NCBI GenBank assembly: GCA_024704765.1
Contig: JAKMXF010000044.1
Span: 496,001 to 560,000 of the forward strand
Direction: 5' to 3'
DNA: 64,000 bases
From: Oopsacas minuta
Taxonomy: Eukaryota; Animalia; Porifera
Notes under the pieces: model-generated
What the model saw: only the letters and a program-made list of their open reading frames with translations
Database searches by the model: none
Told to the model about the DNA's origin: nothing
Translations under genes and position numbers: made by a program
Shown here: positions 60,826-64,000 of the stretch, piece by piece
How the letters are laid out: each line of letters opens with the position of its first letter
Numbering within the stretch: the stretch's first letter is position 1

Positions 60826-62180
60826 TATGGCGTTCAATAAGTCTTTCGGGTGTTATCATAGAATATGATACAAACACTATACACTCTAATTCACTATATT
60901 CTTTATTCAAAGTAATCCCCTCCTGCAGATACACAAAGTTTTAACCTTTCCACCCACTTGTAAAACACAATTCTGTACTCTTCTTCGGGGATGGATTTGA
61001 AGTACTGGTACAGGCCCGTTCCGAGTGCTTGTAATGTGTTAAAATCTTTGCCTTGAAGGTAGATTTTAAGTTTGGGGAATAGCCAAAAATCACACGGAGC
61101 AAGGTATGGTGGATGGGGAAGTAATTCTAACCCTTCTACATCCAAGAAATTTTTGGTAAGCTTACCTGTATGGGAACTGGCGTTATCAATCAAAATCTTC
61201 ATTCCTCGAGTTCCAGTTTTCGGGCGGTACTTTTCTATATTTTTTATCAAATTTGGAAGTACTTGCTCTGTAAAGAAAGTAGCAGTAACAGCCTTGCCAC
61301 TCTCACAAGGTAATTGCAAGACAATTCCATGACTACTGAAGAAGATGGGATACATAATCTTAGGTTTTCTGAAGTCAGGCCTAGGATTTTTCGCCGGTTG
61401 TTCGTTGCCCCTCACCCATGATCGCTTCTTATACTTGCTATACGGTGTTGAATAGTATACCCACGTCTCGTCACCAGTAATAATCTCTGTTAGGCGCCTA
61501 GAATCGCAGTTTTCATAAGTTCCCAAGAGTTTCTTGGAAATATTCAGTCGTGCCAACCTTTGATTCTCAGTGAGCTTATGCGGGACCCATTTCCCATAAA
61601 TCGATCGGTAGCCAACCTCAGTCGTCAGAATTTTATGAATAGCTCCAGATGGAATCTCCATTCTTTGTTTTAACTGATTGACAGTAATGCACTTGTCTTC
61701 CATGAACATACTTTCAATCAGTGCGATGTTCTCTGAATTAGTGGCGGATACTGGTCTTCCAGATCGAGGCAAATCTATGACATCAGCATCACCAGATCTA
61801 AACGGGCAGTCCATCGCTCTACAGTAGATCTGAAAGGGCAATCCACCGCTCTACAGTAGATCTGAAAGGGCAATCCACGCACAACATCTCCTGTAACTCG
61901 CTGAAGATCTGTACGGGCTGGATCTTGAGTATTGTGTGAAACTCTATGTAAGCTCGCCATTTGAGGTTGAAATTATCATTCTTTGAAGCTATAAATTCAA
62001 CAGTGGGTATAAATTGACTACACGTAATTATCTCAAAAATTCATAATTTGTATTGAATAAGCTTGAAACTTTCAGTATATGGAGTTTAACTATATGGGCT
62101 TATAATATATGAAAGTTAGATATATTACTCGACTAATTCCTGAGATATATCATGACCCACAAGACTTATTGAACGCCCTG
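60826..62180 (-). mobile_element. Mariner element with a transposase broken by a 32-bp duplication
   Basis: TIR core GGCGTTCAATAAGTCTT at both ends; DLPRSGRP, KWVPHKL, ITGDETW, IDNASSH and PHPPYLAPCDFWLF (YSPD partly deleted); tandem duplication 61815-61846 / 61847-61878. Confidence 0.88.
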
Positions 62181-62399
62181 ATATATAGATATTGTATATT
62201 TAACGGTGTCATCAGGGCTCTCAAACTGGAAACCTTCTAAATCGTGAGATTCGTCAAAACTCTTACGATTCTACCCTGAGATGTGCAATATAAGACCTGA
62301 AATACTGCAGTATTTGTAGACCCGAGAGCCCTGTGTCTACCTCAAGAAATATTTGAAAAATTTCCAAAAATTTTAAAATTTAATATAATTTGTGTAGAA

Positions 62400-63077
62400 A
62401 TGATATCAATGGAATGTCCATCAATGAATCAAGAGCTATTTAAGCAAGGAGCAGAGGCTCGTATATACAAGAGTTCTATATTTAACAAACCCTGTATAGT
62501 GAAAGAGAGGTTCCTGAAGTGTTACAGACATCCTACTCTGCATAAGAAGCTGAGTGATAAGAGGATGATACAAGAAGCACGCTCATTAGTCAGATGTCAT
62601 ACTATAGGAGTTAGAACTCCGTTAGTATATCACACAGACCTAGACACACACAAACTATATCTAGAGTTATTACCACATCCTCTACTCAATGACCTTATAT
62701 CCTCACTAGAAGCCAGAGAGCAACAATCAGCTGATATAACAGACACGATAAGAGATGTAGGTAGACAAATAGCACTAATGCATGATAATGACGTCATACA
62801 CGGGGACCTTACTACACTTAATATACTCGTTGATATTAAGTCAGGGGATAGCTACTTTATAGACTTTGGTCTTAGCTCTGTATCAAGCCTATCAGAGGAT
62901 AAGGCAGTAGATTTGTATGTGTTAGAGAGAGCTATAACTAGTTCACATCCTAAAATGTCTCAGCTGTTCACTGATATTCTAACCTCGTATGCACAGTACT
63001 CCAGTAAGACTGCTAAAACACTCAATAAACTGAAGGAGGTGAGACAGAGAGGAAGAAAGAGGATCATGATTGGATAG
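62400..63077 (+). CDS. TP53RK: EKC/KEOPS kinase TP53RK (Bud32)
   Basis: KQGAEARIY, KERFLKCYRHP, IHGDLTTLN, IDFGLS, EDKAVDLYVLERA and VRQRGRKR. Confidence 0.96.
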   Translation: MISMECPSMNQELFKQGAEARIYKSSIFNKPCIVKERFLKCYRHPTLHKKLSDKRMIQEARSLVRCHTIGVRTPLVYHTDLDTHKLYLELLPHPLLNDLISSLEAREQQSADITDTIRDVGRQIALMHDNDVIHGDLTTLNILVDIKSGDSYFIDFGLSSVSSLSEDKAVDLYVLERAITSSHPKMSQLFTDILTSYAQYSSKTAKTLNKLKEVRQRGRKRIMIG

Positions 63078-63561
63078 AGGGGCAGCTAGTTGATCCAATT
63101 ATCCTGATATCACCTAGTGTGAGATTTAATATACATGAACATATCATATGTATGCATACTACCTAGTACGTACCGACTCATTCGACTCATCACCGACTAA
63201 AACGAAGTTTATCTTACAGCATTGAGAAAATGTCTTACATACAAATCATAAATCACACTGTTTTATACATAAAGTATTGACTCGAATAGTAGCCTCATAA
63301 TAATCACCTCTCTTCGGGAAAACTGTAGTATACCTTCAATCGCCATATAAGCAGGTGGGAGAGGCTACTGATTGAGGTAATAAAGTATAACTATGAGGAA
63401 TTGGGTGACGGTAAGTTGTTCGACCTTCTTCCTAATATCTAAGCATCATATAGTATACTTAACTTTATTTGCGTGGTTTTGTATCTTGTGTAATCAGGTT
63501 ATATTATCGTCTTTGTACCAAAGTAACCTATTAAGCAATATCTGTTAGCTAGCTTATTCTC

Positions 63562-63960
63562 ATGAGTTCTCGTTATCGAGACAGAGAGATAGAGGAGGTC
63601 TCCCCAAGGAGAGGAGGTCGTCGCAGGAGTCGTTCTAGAGAAAGAAATACACGTAATCACAGGAGCAGGAGCAGGTCTCTCTCCCCGTGGGATAGGAACA
63701 GACACTCGTATAGATCTAGAAGGAGTAGATCCAGATCTAGAGAGAGAGGGGGGCAGTCTGGAAGAAGTGGTAGGAGTAGATCTAGGTCTCCTCGAGAGGA
63801 CAGGCGAGACCGCTTGAAGGAGAGGAGGAGAGATAGTAGATCTTCATCTACTGAGAATATGGATACTAACAGGTGCTATACTATATACTATATGCTTACA
63901 GTAAACTCTCGTTATAACGAAGTGATCGCCATCAGAGTTTCATTTCGTTATATGCGCTAA
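63562..63960 (+). CDS. Arg/Ser-rich protein, probably the 5' part of a longer or spliced gene
   Basis: About 100 codons of RS/RE dipeptide repeats; the 3' part of the ORF looks intronic; orthology not recognisable. Confidence 0.6.
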   Translation: MSSRYRDREIEEVSPRRGGRRRSRSRERNTRNHRSRSRSLSPWDRNRHSYRSRRSRSRSRERGGQSGRSGRSRSRSPREDRRDRLKERRRDSRSSSTENMDTNRCYTIYYMLTVNSRYNEVIAIRVSFRYMR

Positions 63961-64000
63961 TGCGTTGCTAGTGGAGTAAAATCAATTTCTTTCTAGCTAT

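Overview
AT-rich eukaryotic (metazoan-type) genomic DNA. It carries 11 compact, almost intron-free host genes, all on the + strand: LSm8, a divergent stefin/cystatin-fold gene, EXO1, an orphan multipass membrane protein, GPKOW, PSMA7, COG6, CEP43/FGFR1OP, a RING protein, TP53RK and an RS-rich protein. It also has an isolated rDNA unit (only the last ~80 nt of 18S, then ITS1-5.8S-ITS2-complete 28S) and many DNA transposons (two hAT, two mariner, Merlin, MULE, Helitron-like, MITEs). The main discovery is a nested pair of two-gene KDZ/Zisupton-type transposons at 26968-38838, each bounded by a 7-bp target-site duplication. Each encodes a multi-exon KDZ transposase and a convergent protein made of an NRF1/Ewg-like DNA-binding domain, a Ulp1-like protease and a PHD finger. 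Their subterminal repeats contain the NRF1 consensus core GCGCATGCGC or a variant of it. A second signal is that 8 of 11 host genes have a T-rich tract plus YAG 1-4 nt before the ATG, and PSMA7-COG6-CEP43 lie only 117-146 bp apart, which suggests spliced-leader trans-splicing and operon-like organisation. The taxon cannot be established from the sequence; a glass-sponge-like genome is an inference only. All domain calls come from motif recognition by eye, not from database searches.
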